Below are positions 26,082-39,789 of a stretch of DNA of 64,000 nucleotides, piece after piece (position 1 is the first letter of the stretch; each line of letters begins with the position of its first letter). Source of the DNA: Octopus sinensis. Its lineage: Eukaryota. The translations under genes and the position numbers were made by a program. The notes beneath the pieces were generated by a model. It searched no databases. It saw only the letters and a program-made list of their open reading frames with translations, and had not been told where the DNA came from. The DNA is taken from NCBI RefSeq assembly GCF_006345805.1, contig NC_043008.1:6696001-6760000 (forward strand). Direction: 5' to 3'.

Positions 26082-26588
26082 ATGTGCTTGTGTCTGAGCT
26101 TTAAGTTTATTGACGTATTTTTTAAGGTTAGTATTAAACAGAAATCGACAACGAAGTGTAGATGTGTGTTACTAGCAGAACCTGAATGTGTGCCAATGGT
26201 TATATTACAATTAATAAAACTAGGTGAACCAGCATCCAACATTTCTTAATGAACCATAACACACTCTTAACAGTTCAATAGGTTTTAGTCCAGTTAATTG
26301 TTCAGTTTCCACTCCTTTCCTTTTAAGTTTGCTTTCTTACTTTCTTTCTTATCTCTTTTGATCTGCTGGCCATTCAAATAATGGTTTCGTACATTAACCC
26401 TCACCTCTCTATCAAGTATCATTCGTTTTTCTCACTTCTTCCTGTCTCTTTCTGTACATCAATTTCCGTAGAGTCCCCATGTGATATATACCCTCAAACA
26501 TACGAGAGTGTCTATGTATAGATTTATAAAACGTATTCATATTAGTGCATTTTCTGGATATCTCTCTCCCCCACTCTGTGTGTGTGAA

Positions 26589-26630
<42 letters not shown>

Positions 26631-26663
26631 AATCAAAATAGGCAACAACGATATCCAAGGTAG

Positions 26664-26751
26664 TGTAGTACAATCGTTTCATGCTACTTCACTTAATTAA
26701 ATAATGTAAGTATTACATCAGTTTTAAAATGTAGAGCACTCTTCAGCCACA
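26664..26751 (-). ncRNA. Type I hammerhead ribozyme motif with intact core, in a Penelope-like repeat
   Basis: TGTGG CTGAAGA GTGCT [49-nt loop] AGCAT GAAAC GATT GTA CTACA. Stem I is 5 bp, stem II is 5 bp, and the cleavage triplet is GUA. Confidence 0.7.
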
Positions 26752-27422
26752 TATAGAATTTTTTTAATTAAATAGACAATGTTCATCTTTATATTTATTC
26801 CATTTGCCAACATTACAAAGAGGGTAGATATATAGACAGAGAGGTTAATTTCATCATAAAGAACTTATATATATATATATAATTATTAAAGTGGCTAGAC
26901 GCAATTTAATGACAAAATGCACAAATACAACGGTCACTAAAAGTGACTAAAGATGTAAGTTAGCACCGCCTTTGCTTTGAAATAAGAGTCGAAATAACTC
27001 TTAGCCACGAAATTCTTTTGTAAGAGCACTCGGCAAACACCAGTCTTTAAGTTTGGCGCATACTGTCATACGAATCTCTCAGCCCTTATATCATTATATA
27101 GCTTCCAAGCGACATAGTTATATCAGACACTGAACAGTTTTATTACATAACTGCATAACTGTATGACTACATAGGCTGTATAAACTGGAGTATTTCCTAC
27201 TGCCTAAAGGTTTCATGTGATTGACAGGTTTAGATTATTATACTTTTTTCCGGAGTACTGAACTGTACAGGGTCAGAAATGAATGCATATACAAACGCAT
27301 CACTAGCACTTCACTCAAGGTTTTATTTGCATATTGTATATGTGTGTGTGAATGTGAAACTTTAAGTCAGGTACTAAAGCATCACCAACTATTTGCTTGA
27401 TTTATATATATATATAATATAT

Positions 27423-27455
<33 letters not shown>

Positions 27456-27655
27456 GCAGCACGGACTTTGTCAGTGAACAGGTCGCGGATTTTAGCGACG
27501 AAAATATTTTGACAAATTAAACTTAAATGTGAAGTGAATCGAACGGCTTTTGTGTGTTTCTTAAATGGCTTATAACACACTTCCACGCTGCAATTGTTTT
27601 CGTTTCAGCACACGATCTCAGATCAAATTACTTGCTATGCGAGTACATCTCCGTA

Positions 27656-27689
<34 letters not shown>

Positions 27690-27812
27690 TATATATATAT
27701 AAATATCTATATATATAGTTAATCCAAACATGAACAAAGAGAAAACACAACGCAAAGACGTGGAACAAGTATAGTGTTATTGGAAGCTCAGGAAAGGAAA
27801 GAAAGAAGGAGG

Positions 27813-27847
27813 ATTTAACGTTTTGAGCGGAGCTCTTCGTCAGAAAC
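27813..27847 (-). ncRNA. Minimal type I hammerhead with a G12A lesion, within a Penelope-like terminal repeat (about 27628-27920)
   Basis: GTTT CTGACGA A GAGC-TCC-GCTC AAAA CG TT AAAT; GAAA is replaced by AAAA. Confidence 0.6.
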
Positions 27848-28009
27848 ATAGAAAAAGGAAAGGTCCAAGGAAGGGAAGACGGAGAAAGAAAATTGCCAAC
27901 GATACACACGCGGCCACATATATATATATATATGTATGTGTGCGTGTGTGTTGCGTGCGTATGTACATACATACGCACATATATATCTTTTATCTTCTGC
28001 GTGCATCAG

Positions 28010-28196
28010 TCATTCGACTACGGCCATGCTGGGGCACAGTCTTAATGAATTTTAGTCGAACGAATCCACACCAGTTCTTAATCTTTTAAAGCCTGGTACT
28101 TATTCTATTAGTCTCTTTTTGCTGAACCGCTAGGTTACAAGGATGAGAATACATCCACACCGGTTGTCAAGCGATGTTGGTGGGGGACAGCCCCCC

Positions 28197-28234
<38 letters not shown>

Positions 28235-28335
28235 GACGGGCTTCTTTCAGTTTCCGTCTACCAAATCCACTCACAAGGCTTTGGTTGGCCCGAGGCTATA
28301 GTAGAAGACACTCGCCCAAGGTCAAGGTGCCACGC
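28010..28335 (-). mobile_element. Family B SINE
   Basis: Colinear with the other copies; internal (TA)n. Confidence 0.8.
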
Positions 28336-28489
28336 ATAATTATATATTGTTAGCCGTGCGTTTTCCCAATTTATTTCTTTTTCACTTTTCAGTTCTTTTC
28401 CTATTTATACTTGTGTGATTTCCTTTTCGTTGATTCTCTTTCTCTCATTCTGTATTCATATTTCTTACTATTTACGCCCAAATCTTACG

Positions 28490-28705
28490 CACACATACAT
28501 ACATACATACATACACACACACACATACATACATACATACATACATACATACATACATACACATACATACATACATGCATATATACATATGTACACATAC
28601 ATACATACATATGTACACATACATGCATATATACATATATACACATACATACATACATACATACATACATACATACATACATACATACATACATACATAC
28701 ATACA
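28490..28705. repeat. (TACA)n microsatellite
   Basis: Seen directly. Confidence 0.95.
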
Positions 28706-30872
28706 TCACACATCGTTATTTAAAATAATTCTTAATTAGAATATTGTACATCGAGTGATGATATTTAATTAAATGATGAAATATTTGTAAACTTAAATCT
28801 CATCAAAATTAGTAAAATTACCTTTATAATAATCATCCATATGTTTGCCGTCATAACAGAGTGTGTGAGAAATAATTTTCTCAAAGGTCGATGTTTAATT
28901 TCTGAAACGTTTAGAGCTTTAGTTTGACTCCATCACTAATGCTTCAAAATTACGTCAATAGTATTTGTTGTTATGCCTGCATAGAGAAAGCAGCTCACCC
29001 CTAGTATAGCATTTCAAAGTTGTCTCTGATAAAATGATAACCTACTACAAAGAATATCTGTGAATCTTTGCTCGGTATGTTATTACTGTCTTTGAGAAAC
29101 CAATGTCACACTTTCCACTGTTGATCGTTAAAGTTATCTTAAACATCTAAAATTTTTATGTGTATGTTCTAAATCTTTTGATATCAAAGAACCTTGGCTA
29201 ATGTGATGATGGACTGTCGAGGATAACAAGAAGAAAATACTTAATCAAATTTTTGTCTTTCTTTTTTGATTTTTGCAGTCTAGTGACTTCAATAAAAATA
29301 ATGAAAGTAATAATATTAGCAATAATAATTCTTTTAAATTTTAGCTCAATAGTAAACGTTAAAAGATTAGTAATAATAATTCTTTCGAATTTTAGCTCAA
29401 TGCCAGAAATATTAAGGGTAGGATCTAGTCAATTACATCGACCCCCAGTACTTGAATGCTGCTTTATTTTAACAACCCCGAAAGTTGAACTTTGAAAAAA
29501 GATGGAAGAAATTCCACTGAGCACGTTTGCCAGTTCAGCCTTAAGGGCTCAAAGTGATCCAGAGAAATACAAAGAAACGTTAAACAGTGGTTTACAAAGA
29601 CGTGGGAGGTGAGGTAGGTGTGTTACACGAATTGAAGGGGTGTGGAAGACGTCATGCAATCTATAATTGGACGAACTTAAAAATATATAAAATATAAATA
29701 TTTACACGAAATAGAATAAATACTGGAAACGCGAAGTAATGAAAGTAAAATATTTATATAAAAATTATATCTCCCTTTACATTGATAAGGGTACCCACCA
29801 CATTTCGGATTTAACTTGTGATTTCTTTCGGTATTGTTTAAAGCCAGAGAGTAGGAAATCTTCCACGAGAAGAAGATTTTGTACTATAGGGGACAAGTGG
29901 GGGAACCCTATCTTCTCGATCGTTGAATCAACACTTTGTAAAATCTGTTTGAAGATTAAACAAACATTCATCCTTTTTAACTGTTTAAAATGCGATCCGA
30001 TTTCATTCTCGATCCGCATTTTCGTTCATAGATGCTTCATATATATTGTTTAAGACTCTTGTTAGAGATTTGTTTTTCTTGTGAACGGCTGTGAATTTTC
30101 ATTCAAAAATGGAGCTGGCCCCCACCTTAGAAACGCTAGATATTTCTTCTTTTTTAGAATAGACGAAATTGGAAACTGTACTGTTTGTAACTTCCTTAAT
30201 GAGGCAGTTGGTAATGAAATAGTTCCAAATGAATTTAGGACTGAATGCACCACGAAATCATCACCTGATATTCTTATTGTAGAACAGTTCCATAACTTTA
30301 ATTACTTGCTCCATCAAAGATAGATAAAAACGTCAGAATTTTTTTCTCGTTTCCTCTCACTTTTCATTGGAAACGTTAAAACTGCACATTGTGTGTAAAA
30401 TAATATCACCGAGTAAAGAAATATCAATTAAAAAATTAAGTTAAATAGGCGTAAATCAAATACAATACTCTATCACCGAAGATTACCATTGACACATTAA
30501 TGTTAACTAGAGATTTTTTATGCGGTGGTGTGTGTGTGTGCATGGAGAGAGAGAGAAGGAGAGAGAGAGGGAGAGAGATTTAATATCTCTTCTCGATAAA
30601 ATAAGTTTTAATGAAGTTTCAGTCATTTAATGTGTCAATTTCGACAAGAAGAGACACAGGTTCAAATCGCAGAGGAGGTTGGTCTTGATGCATGCAAATT
30701 TGTGGGACTATCTGTATGTATCTATGCACGTGTTTGTGACTCTGTTTGTCAATGGGCTTTTGTGAATGGGGATATATATTTGTTGGAAAGACATGAAAGA
30801 ACGTAATTTCACCTGACACATGCAGTCGACTACATATATGTGTGTATGTATATACTGTGTATATAAATATAT

Positions 30873-30909
<37 letters not shown>

Positions 30910-30910
<1 letters not shown>

Positions 30911-31320
30911 CTCTTTTACTCTTTTACTTGTTTCAGTCATTTGACTGCCGCCATGCTGGAGCACCGCCTTTAGTCGAGCAAATCGACCCCGGGACTCATT
31001 ATTTGTAAGCCCAGTACTTATTCTATCGGTCTCTTTTGCCGAACCGCTAAGTGACGGGGACGTAAACACACCAGCATCGGTTGTCAAGCAATGCTAGGGG
31101 GACAAACACAGACACACAAACATATACACACACACTTATATATATATATATATATATATATATACGACAGGTTTCTTTCAGTTTCCGTCTACCAAATCCA
31201 CTCACAAGGCATTGGTCAGCCCGGGGCTATAGCAGAAGACACTTGCCCAAGATGCCACGCAGTGGGACTGAACCCGGAACCATGTGGTTGGTTAGCAAGC
31301 TACTTACCACACAGCCACAT
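30910..31320 (-). mobile_element. Family B SINE, full length, with CpGs largely intact
   Basis: Colinear with 12617-13006; followed by a family A fragment on the + strand (31337-31485). Confidence 0.85.
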
Positions 31321-31592
31321 ATATATATATATATATAATTCAAATTCCGCCGAGGTAGACTTTACCTTTCATCCTTTCGGAGTCGATAAATTAAGTACCA
31401 GTTACGCACTGGGGTCGATCTAATCTTTGTCTGTCCTTGTTTGTCCCCTCTATGTTTAGCCCCTTGTAGGCAATATAGAAATAAATGGTTAGAAATCTAG
31501 TATTTGAGAAAAAGTAGTGACTCCCCACTTCTTTATTTGATGTCTTAAGTGCGGGTTCACTTCTTTTTATTATGATTAATCGACTCTCATAA

Positions 31593-31653
<61 letters not shown>

Positions 31654-31854
31654 GAAAAGATCCGTGACTCTTCAGCAATGGTTATTCTACTCCTCTGAGG
31701 AACTGAAATACTTTGTTCCTTGAGTTATATAATGTGAATGACAAACCATTCTGCAGAAACGTGAGCCTTTAATGGAAACCTTTACGCAAAAATGGAATTA
31801 ACATTGCAACAGCATTGAAGAGGACTCGAAACTGTATTGCGAATTACTCCTGTC

Positions 31855-31944
<90 letters not shown>

Positions 31945-33334
31945 TTTGACCTATGTTAGTCGTTTTCTTACTCAATATAACAACAACAGGGATAAAATTA
32001 ACATTATTAACAAGAACAACAAGCATATTTTCTATTTGTTGTATATCAAATGAGTGTGTATGTATGCGTGTGTGTATGTATGTGTGTATATATGTGTGTG
32101 TGTGTGTTCGTGTGAATTCTTTTCGACCGGAACATTTATCCAAAGTTGCAAGATTCTCCAAATGCAATACTCTTCAATAAATGACCACAATAATACTATA
32201 ATTACTAGTTCTAAAATGAGCATCAAACACAGATTCTGTTAATACTGACAAATATAACAATTATCTGTAATTGTACGGCCGAGATAGCACTTGCAAACAG
32301 CAAATTGGATTATTTTGGCTTCGTCTACAATCATTTGAACTACTGTGATACTGCAATTAAACGAAGAAAATTTAATCTATTTTACACATGAAAATAGAGT
32401 TTACGTAGCAACAGCTTAAACACAACCACCGCCACATTTCTGATGCTTTACATAAATTAAACGAAATAACGAAGGATCTACACACAGACACACACACATA
32501 CACACGCACAGAGGCATGTGTGTTTGTGTATAAACATGCATACAGCTTTATACATGTACGTATGCACACCACATACACGAGGCTGCAGTCGGCAGGAAAG
32601 TTACGCCTCTTGGGCCCGTTTCAAGTTCAGTAGCAATCAACCATTCATAAAATTATGTCTGCACGTACGTCCGTTTATAAACGGCGATTCGGGGTTTTAA
32701 ACTGACATCTTGCCTCTGCTCATCTCTTCAGATTTATTGAGCAAGAGGAAAAAGATAGTGTAGCGTCCATATATAGATATATATTTTAGATATTCTCAAG
32801 GATATTGAACGACATAGATAAACAGAATCTGTCGAAAACAAATCTCTTCAGTTCGGCTTTACAACGCTGGCCAAGATGGAGATTCAGCCGGATGCTTACG
32901 CGTATGATAAATATCTTTCATGGAAGTAGTCCACCAAGAGACGTATACATTTGTAAAAGGGTCTTATGGAGATATTCAATCTGGCATAGTAATTGACTGG
33001 TTAATATCTTATTAAAATATTCAATGGAATTTATTACACCACACATTTCTTTCTTTCTTTGACATCGGAGTAAAAACTATATTTAATTCTTGAAAGAATT
33101 TAAATATAGAAAGTAGGGCAGGTGTAGTTAAATACTGAAAGACCGATGGTCCATTATTTCGACCCCTAAGTACTGGAATCATTTTGGTCCCATCTCAAAT
33201 GTTCTTGGGGAAAATGGACGACCACCACGATATCTTATTTCCAGGTCTCTGAAAATGTCATTTAATCTTTCGCTGATCAGTTATTAGCAGAACAAGCTAG
33301 TCATAATTTCTAATATAGGCAACAAGGCTGGAAA

Positions 33335-33532
33335 TATTCTTTTCTACTTTCGGCACAAGGTCCGAAATTTTGTGGGAGGGGTCAGTCGAGTAGATCGACC
33401 CCAGTACGCAACTGGTACTTAATTTATCGACCCCGAAAGAATGCAAGGCAAAGTCGACCTCGGCGGAATTTGAACTCAGAACGTAAAGACAGACGAAATT
33501 CCGCTGAGCATTTCAGCCAGCTCGCCGCCTTA
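33335..33532 (-). mobile_element. Family A SINE
   Basis: Head, B box and central motif present. Confidence 0.85.
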
Positions 33533-34609
33533 CAAGGCTGGAAATATTAACGGGATGAAGGGAACAGTCGATTACAGTATTTGGTCCCTTTTTTTTAACG
33601 ACACAAGAATTATGAAATACAAAATAGACTTCAGTAGAATTTTGGTCTCAGAACTATAAAAATGAACTTAAATATCACAAGGTGTTTAAGGTCCTTCCAA
33701 GGATTCTACGAGTTCACTGCCATAAACAAGATAATAATTACAACAGAATCAATAAGGTTTTTGGTATCAGAGACCGAAACATGGAAAAGAAGAATCGGTC
33801 CTTCTACCAAGACACGGAACTATTATTTGTAGGTAATATTTATCGCTGTTTAAACGTAGATGTTCTGTTAGAACAAATTATACTGCAGTAGTTACAATGA
33901 AAGAAACTCTGATATTGGTATCTGGTGCAAAATGCACACTGGTTTATATCGCTAGCGGGGGATATAATCACCGCCATCTCTTGCGCCGAGACCATCAGAT
34001 CATGTAATTTCGACCTTCCTCGGTCTTGTCAATGATGGACGGTCGGCCGCTAGAGGTAGCAGTGGCTCATCTCCCTACCAGTGATATTTAGAAAACCAGT
34101 GCCAGGGCAGGCGCTGGTGTCACGATTAACCAGTGAGCTTGTTAAAAATATATATAAGCTACAGAGACAGTATTTATTCCGTGTGGTAATATTTATCCAC
34201 ACCCAAACGTGTTATCTCTTGTTGATTTAATCCACGCCATTATGTTGATAGCACTCATTTACACTGTTCCAACAACTAAGGGCTACTTGATATCAATTTA
34301 TTCCACGTAAGATTTAGACAAAAGACCGCAGTGATTAGGCATGTAGGTTATAAACGAGACTATTGTTGTGGAATTTGAGTCTTTGAGTTCGGTTTCTGCT
34401 AATCGTTTGCATTCGATTTCTGTTTATTACAATTAGACCTGGTACGATAAACACAGATTTCTTTCCCGCCACGACGTAGAATGAAAAAAAAACGTTGTAA
34501 GCGAAACGTGCCAAACGCTCTTGCAATCATCAAACAAATAAATATAATTACTGTGTATATTAATGCTATGAGCAAAACACAACAGAGGTGTGTGTGTGTG
34601 TATGTATGT

Positions 34610-34629
34610 ATGTATGTATCTATATATAT

Positions 34630-34669
<40 letters not shown>

Positions 34670-34772
34670 ATATATATATATATGTATATATATGTATATA
34701 TATATGTATATATTATGTATATATATATATATTATGTATATATATATATGTATATATATGTATATATATATA

Positions 34773-34824
<52 letters not shown>

Positions 34825-34855
34825 TATATATATGTGTGTGTGTGTGTGTGTGTGG
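34610..34855. repeat. (TA)n/(TG)n microsatellite
   Basis: Seen directly. Confidence 0.95.
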
Positions 34856-35190
34856 AAATATATATTGCATGTATGTCGTTTGCGTTTGGAATTATCAACA
34901 TTTAGGTATATGTGAACTTCTATTGATATATGTATATATATGTTTGATTTGTTTGTCTGTAGAACTTCAAATAAGAGGTGTTCACCTTCGAACAACCAAC
35001 TGAAGTGAAATTTAACTGTTCACCTTTGGCTATGTTTTACAGACATCGTAATATAATAAAGTTAATGTATGAGACGAGAGAGCATCAAGGAAAGCTAAAC
35101 CTTCTATAAACGGATTATCGTACACATAAGAAATAAGATTCGTCTGAGAGCACTGGAGCGGAGTATGTTTATTCTCTCCACCTCTGTGTG

Positions 35191-35277
<87 letters not shown>

Positions 35278-35628
35278 AGAGACATATGTCTTTCTTTGTT
35301 TATCTATCTGACCCTGCTTATGAGAAGTTTTTAGAAGAAATCAAGTCTGTATATTTTATGTCTATGTCAAAAATATGTGTTTCGTATGAACCTACATGCC
35401 TATAGATACAGATGCACACTGTCACGCATACACATACATGCCATACACGCATACGTACGTACATACATACATACATACATACGTACGTACGTACGTACAA
35501 GCTTCTGCAAAATGGAACCTCGAATGATTAGTTAGAAAGTCGAAACTTCTGTCTTATGATATTATTACATTTGATAACAGAGACGAGAGACAATTGCCGT
35601 TGGTGCGTAATAATGCTATGTTTGATAA

Positions 35629-35990
35629 CTAGCACAATGACCCGGCAACGCCGGGTCATAGTGCAAGTGCATGCATATACAGCTGCGTGCGTGCGCACAC
35701 ACACGCGGCTACTGTCCAAAATCTCCGACCAATCACATACAGCTAGCCGGCATTCAATTGGCGTATCAAGTTTCGGACATTTTGATTGGGTTTTGGATAG
35801 AAAATTCACAAAAAAGTCACTTCTATTGATTTTTTAATGGCCTTGCGGGGTGACTGGGGAATGTAAAGATGCGCACGACCACCCTTGGACGGTTTTGAAT
35901 GACCATAGAAAGTGCGGGCCCTCTAACTGAAAAATTGTGGATTTGTATAAAGAAGATGCACGCACACACACACAGACAGACATTTTGCCA
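35629..35990 (-). mobile_element. Non-autonomous Helitron (3' end clear, 5' end not resolved)
   Basis: Perfect 10-bp hairpin ATGACCCGGC-AAC-GCCGGGTCAT (35637-35659), followed on the minus strand by TGTGCTAG|T. Confidence 0.7.
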
Positions 35991-36564
35991 TTCATCTGTG
36001 ACGTCGGTTTGTGATCGGCGGCGATATTTAAAAACAGAGAGGTCAACTTTTACGCCCGAAACATGCAGAACGTCTCTGCGGACTTATAAGGAAAATAATA
36101 GAAAAACTCTTGAGTTCGATTCGTTTTAGGGCCTGCTCTTATTGCAGCTGGAAGCTATTTGCCTGTAGATAATTTTCACCTGTCATAGAGATTATTCCTG
36201 TAATAACCGTCGACTATCTTTTGTAATTTACACGAAACATTTTCTCTCATGGTTTTTTTTTGTATTCTTTGTTGGTTTGACAATTCATTATTTCTTGATT
36301 TCCAAACACAACACGCTTAGAACAACTTGTCGATTAGTATTATAAACAAACACTGCTGAAGACAATTCTTTTTCTCATTTATTATTCAACATGTTAAACA
36401 TCACACGCACACACACACAGAGACACACGCACTCAAAGACACACACACACACACGTTATGTTTATTGGTCGAATCGAACTTCAAAAGATATTACAAATAT
36501 TAGTAGAAAGAATAACAACACCTCTCGAACGGCTGGATTACTTTGAATATTCCAAGCTACGAAG

Positions 36565-36588
36565 AACTGACTCTCTCTCTCTCCCTCG

Positions 36589-36622
<34 letters not shown>

Positions 36623-36747
36623 TAAACACACACACACACTCTCTCTCTTTCCCTCGCGCGCGCACACACACACACTCTCTCTCCCTCGCACGCACACACA
36701 CACACACTCTCTCTTCCTCGCACGCACACACACACACTCTCTCTCTC

Positions 36748-36779
<32 letters not shown>

Positions 36780-36895
36780 CACTCTCTCTCTCTTTCCCTC
36801 GCACACACACACTCTCTCTCTCTCTCTTTCCCGCGCACACACACACACTCATACACACACACTCTCTCTCTCTACCTCGCACACACACACACATT
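36565..36895. repeat. Composite (CT)n-CGCA-(CA)n minisatellite
   Basis: Seen directly. Confidence 0.9.
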
Positions 36896-37404
36896 TTAAA
36901 TGACAGAATTTACTATAAGCTTTATTTAACACGACGACCGTTTCGACTTACAACTACGCTGCTCTCAAGTGGATGGAGAACGATATAACAGAATCGAATG
37001 CACCTCACAGTGCAGAAGAAACCTCAACAGTAGCATTTTAAGGGTCCATGGAAAAATTTGATTTAAATGCATTTATTGCAAGAAGCAGCTGAGTATCTTC
37101 CTCCATTATTTTACATCAGTTTAATCTGTACAAGTGAATGTGTGGATAACAAAATAGGGATTTCGAAAGAAATAACCATAAAATTAATTTTCAGTCATCG
37201 AATGGTTAAGCGGGAACACAAGAATAAAATTATAAACAAAGGGGTCCATATATATAAAAAAAGGGTGAGAACCACTACTTTGGCATCTAACCCTATTCCT
37301 AACCCAGGTCAGGTCACTTCACAGAATACAATTTGGATACTGCGATTGACTGCTCGCTAAAGTAGCAGACACACACACACATACACAGACACACACAGAC
37401 ACAG

Positions 37405-37483
<79 letters not shown>

Positions 37484-37749
37484 GATTTATTGTTGATTGA
37501 GCAAAACTTTGTTCAAATGCTTTTCAGACAAGACCGTGATGTGTTTTGAAAGGTACTTCATTCAGTGTGCCCGTCTTTGTGCAAGACGATAGGGTACGGC
37601 GTGGAGGCGATATGACTGCCATTTCTAGCTGGTCGAACGACCACTTTGATGAATCCTCGTTGCGTGTGTATGAAACAATAAGTAAAATTAATATAACTTA
37701 TTATATAACATATTGTGGACGAAATACTCAATGGTATTTCGCCCATCGC

Positions 37750-37900
37750 TACGCCCTAAATTCAAATTCCGCCGAGGTCGACTTTGCCTTTCATCCTTTC
37801 GAGGTCGATAAAATAAGTACCAGTTGAATAATGGGGTCTATGTAATCAACTCATTCTCTTCCCTCAAATTCCTGCACTTGTGGCAAAAATTGAAGCCATT
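37750..37900 (+). mobile_element. Family A SINE, 5'-truncated
   Basis: TTCAAATTCCGCCGAGGTCGACTTTGCCTTTCATCC. Confidence 0.8.
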
Positions 37901-38002
37901 ATATCACATATTGTTTGATAATACAGTTTCTGGGATCGTGTCCATTAAATATGTTGTGGACGAATGGGAATGAAGATTTATCTTCAAATTAATGCGTGAG
38001 GT

Positions 38003-38058
<56 letters not shown>

Positions 38059-39264
38059 TGTGTGTGTGTGTGAGTGAGAGGGGAGTGAGAGAGAGTGGGA
38101 GGAAGGAGTGAGAGGTGAGGGTGAGAAAGAATCTGTGTTAGTTTTACGATCGTGCTTTCGGTACAAATCAACTGTAAAAATTTCATTGTTTTCCTATGTA
38201 CATTAGCGAAGTAATTAAAAACGCGTAGGAAAAATCGAAAATCGAAACCCGGATCACACTTTCTGCAAGCTCTTGACTTATCTCAACATTACAGCACTCA
38301 AGAAAATATATATATACATATATATACATGCACACACATGCACAGATACTTTGTGTGTGTGTATGTAAGTAGACCTCTGTGTAATCACATCTGTTTATTG
38401 GAAATAAGAAGAAAAAAAGTGCGCTGTTTAGCAGAAATCTCATTTACGTCAAAGGATTTCGGCGTTGACATTTCCCAGTAAATGTCTCGAGGTACAAATC
38501 TCAGGTCACTACAGAAATAGGTCACTGCTTTGGAAGCCTAGAATCAACTAATACAACGGGGCTTCTTCTTCTCTTCTTCTTCTTCCCCTCTTTCCTTTTG
38601 TTGATTTGGTGTGAGAAAACGTAATAGGGTATCGGTGTCGAAACATTTAAAGTCATTAAGTTCTATATATCTCATTATATATATATCATTACTAATGCTT
38701 CTGTGCATGTCGACCAAAATTACTGAATTCTCATTGGTTTAGTGGTATCAGGTGTAAATAGCTGCTATGAGAAGAAAGAGTGCGGTGAGTAATGGACGGG
38801 TCTAACGCATAACTGTTTTAGCTTGCGGTTGTTGCCTTTACTAGAATCAAAACGTCTAATGAGACGAGTATTCATTCGTAGCAACCATTTACAGCGTTTT
38901 TCAATCCATGGTACACTGAATAAGCAGCATTATTTCTAAGTATCAGCTGTTTAAAAGTGTTATGTAAAACGGCAGTATCAAAATTTGTTTGAAACAGACA
39001 CGGCCGTACTTGTTGCACCTTATCACTCTACACGAGAAAACACTTGTACAGATGTGGAACCGTCGATATTCTAAACATTTTAGCATTTTTCGATTCACTT
39101 TAAAATCTCCCGGAACACATGGGACCCATACAAAGCACACAACTGTATCGTAGCTCAATGTTTGTTTGAAATCATCTGTATCGATTAAGAAGTTCTTGTG
39201 AGGCTTTATAGTTTGCGAAAAATCATAGCCCCCCAGCATTCATTGTTGAATGCTCCCTTTAAAC

Positions 39265-39789
39265 CACAAGCGACAAACTCAAGGCCTGCGGGCCACATCC
39301 TGCCCGATGCATAATTATGTCCGGCTCGCGGGAGAATTTTAGGCAAATATTTTTTAATGTCCCGGCAGTATGAAGTGCAAACCACATATTCCCCAATTTA
39401 GCAGCCTTGTCGCACGAAAGGCAGCCTGGGAGCATTCCCGCGTCGATCAGATCAAGTTAAAATGAAAGTTGTGTTGTGCGTGGGTGGTCGTCATTACAGT
39501 AACCTAGCAACGTCCTGCCGCTCGTTTTTGATTGGTGCATAAGAGATGAAAATAGTGTAGTGCTCCGGTATTGCATCACTCCTTCCCGCTTATCTCATAT
39601 CAATCAAGCATCTATTGGTGGTAGATGCACTGTCTTAATTTCAAATCAAAGCTAGCCGTTAAAATGGCCAAGAGGAAAGTTGATTATGAAAATAGAACCT
39701 TTCAAAGCCGCTGGGAGGCTCAATATATGTTTACCGATATTGGCGGTAAACCTGTGTGTCTAATTTGTGGAGGTAATGTGGCTGTTTTG
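39265..39789 (+). mobile_element. 5' end of a hAT (SPIN/Charlie-like) transposon including the transposase N-terminus, truncated by a SINE fragment
   Basis: Subterminal AAACTCAAGGCCTGCGGGCCACATCC. ATG at 39664 encodes MAKRKVDYENRTFQSRWEAQYMFTDIGGKPVCLICGGNVAVL, the start of the zinc finger of SPIN/GTF2IRD2-type transposases. Confidence 0.85.

Noticed and set aside
31808-31842. Possible seventh hammerhead (TTGAAGAGGACTCGAAACTGTATTGC)
   Set aside because: C3 is missing and stems I and II do not pair in register.
38752-38784. 33-nt + strand exon-like segment (GVNSCYEKKEC|GTGAGT)
   Set aside because: Weak pyrimidine tract; isolated GTGAGT hexamers are expected by chance in 64 kb.
38943-39239. 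98-aa minus-strand ORF next to the hAT fragment
   Set aside because: No recognisable motif and no splice support.
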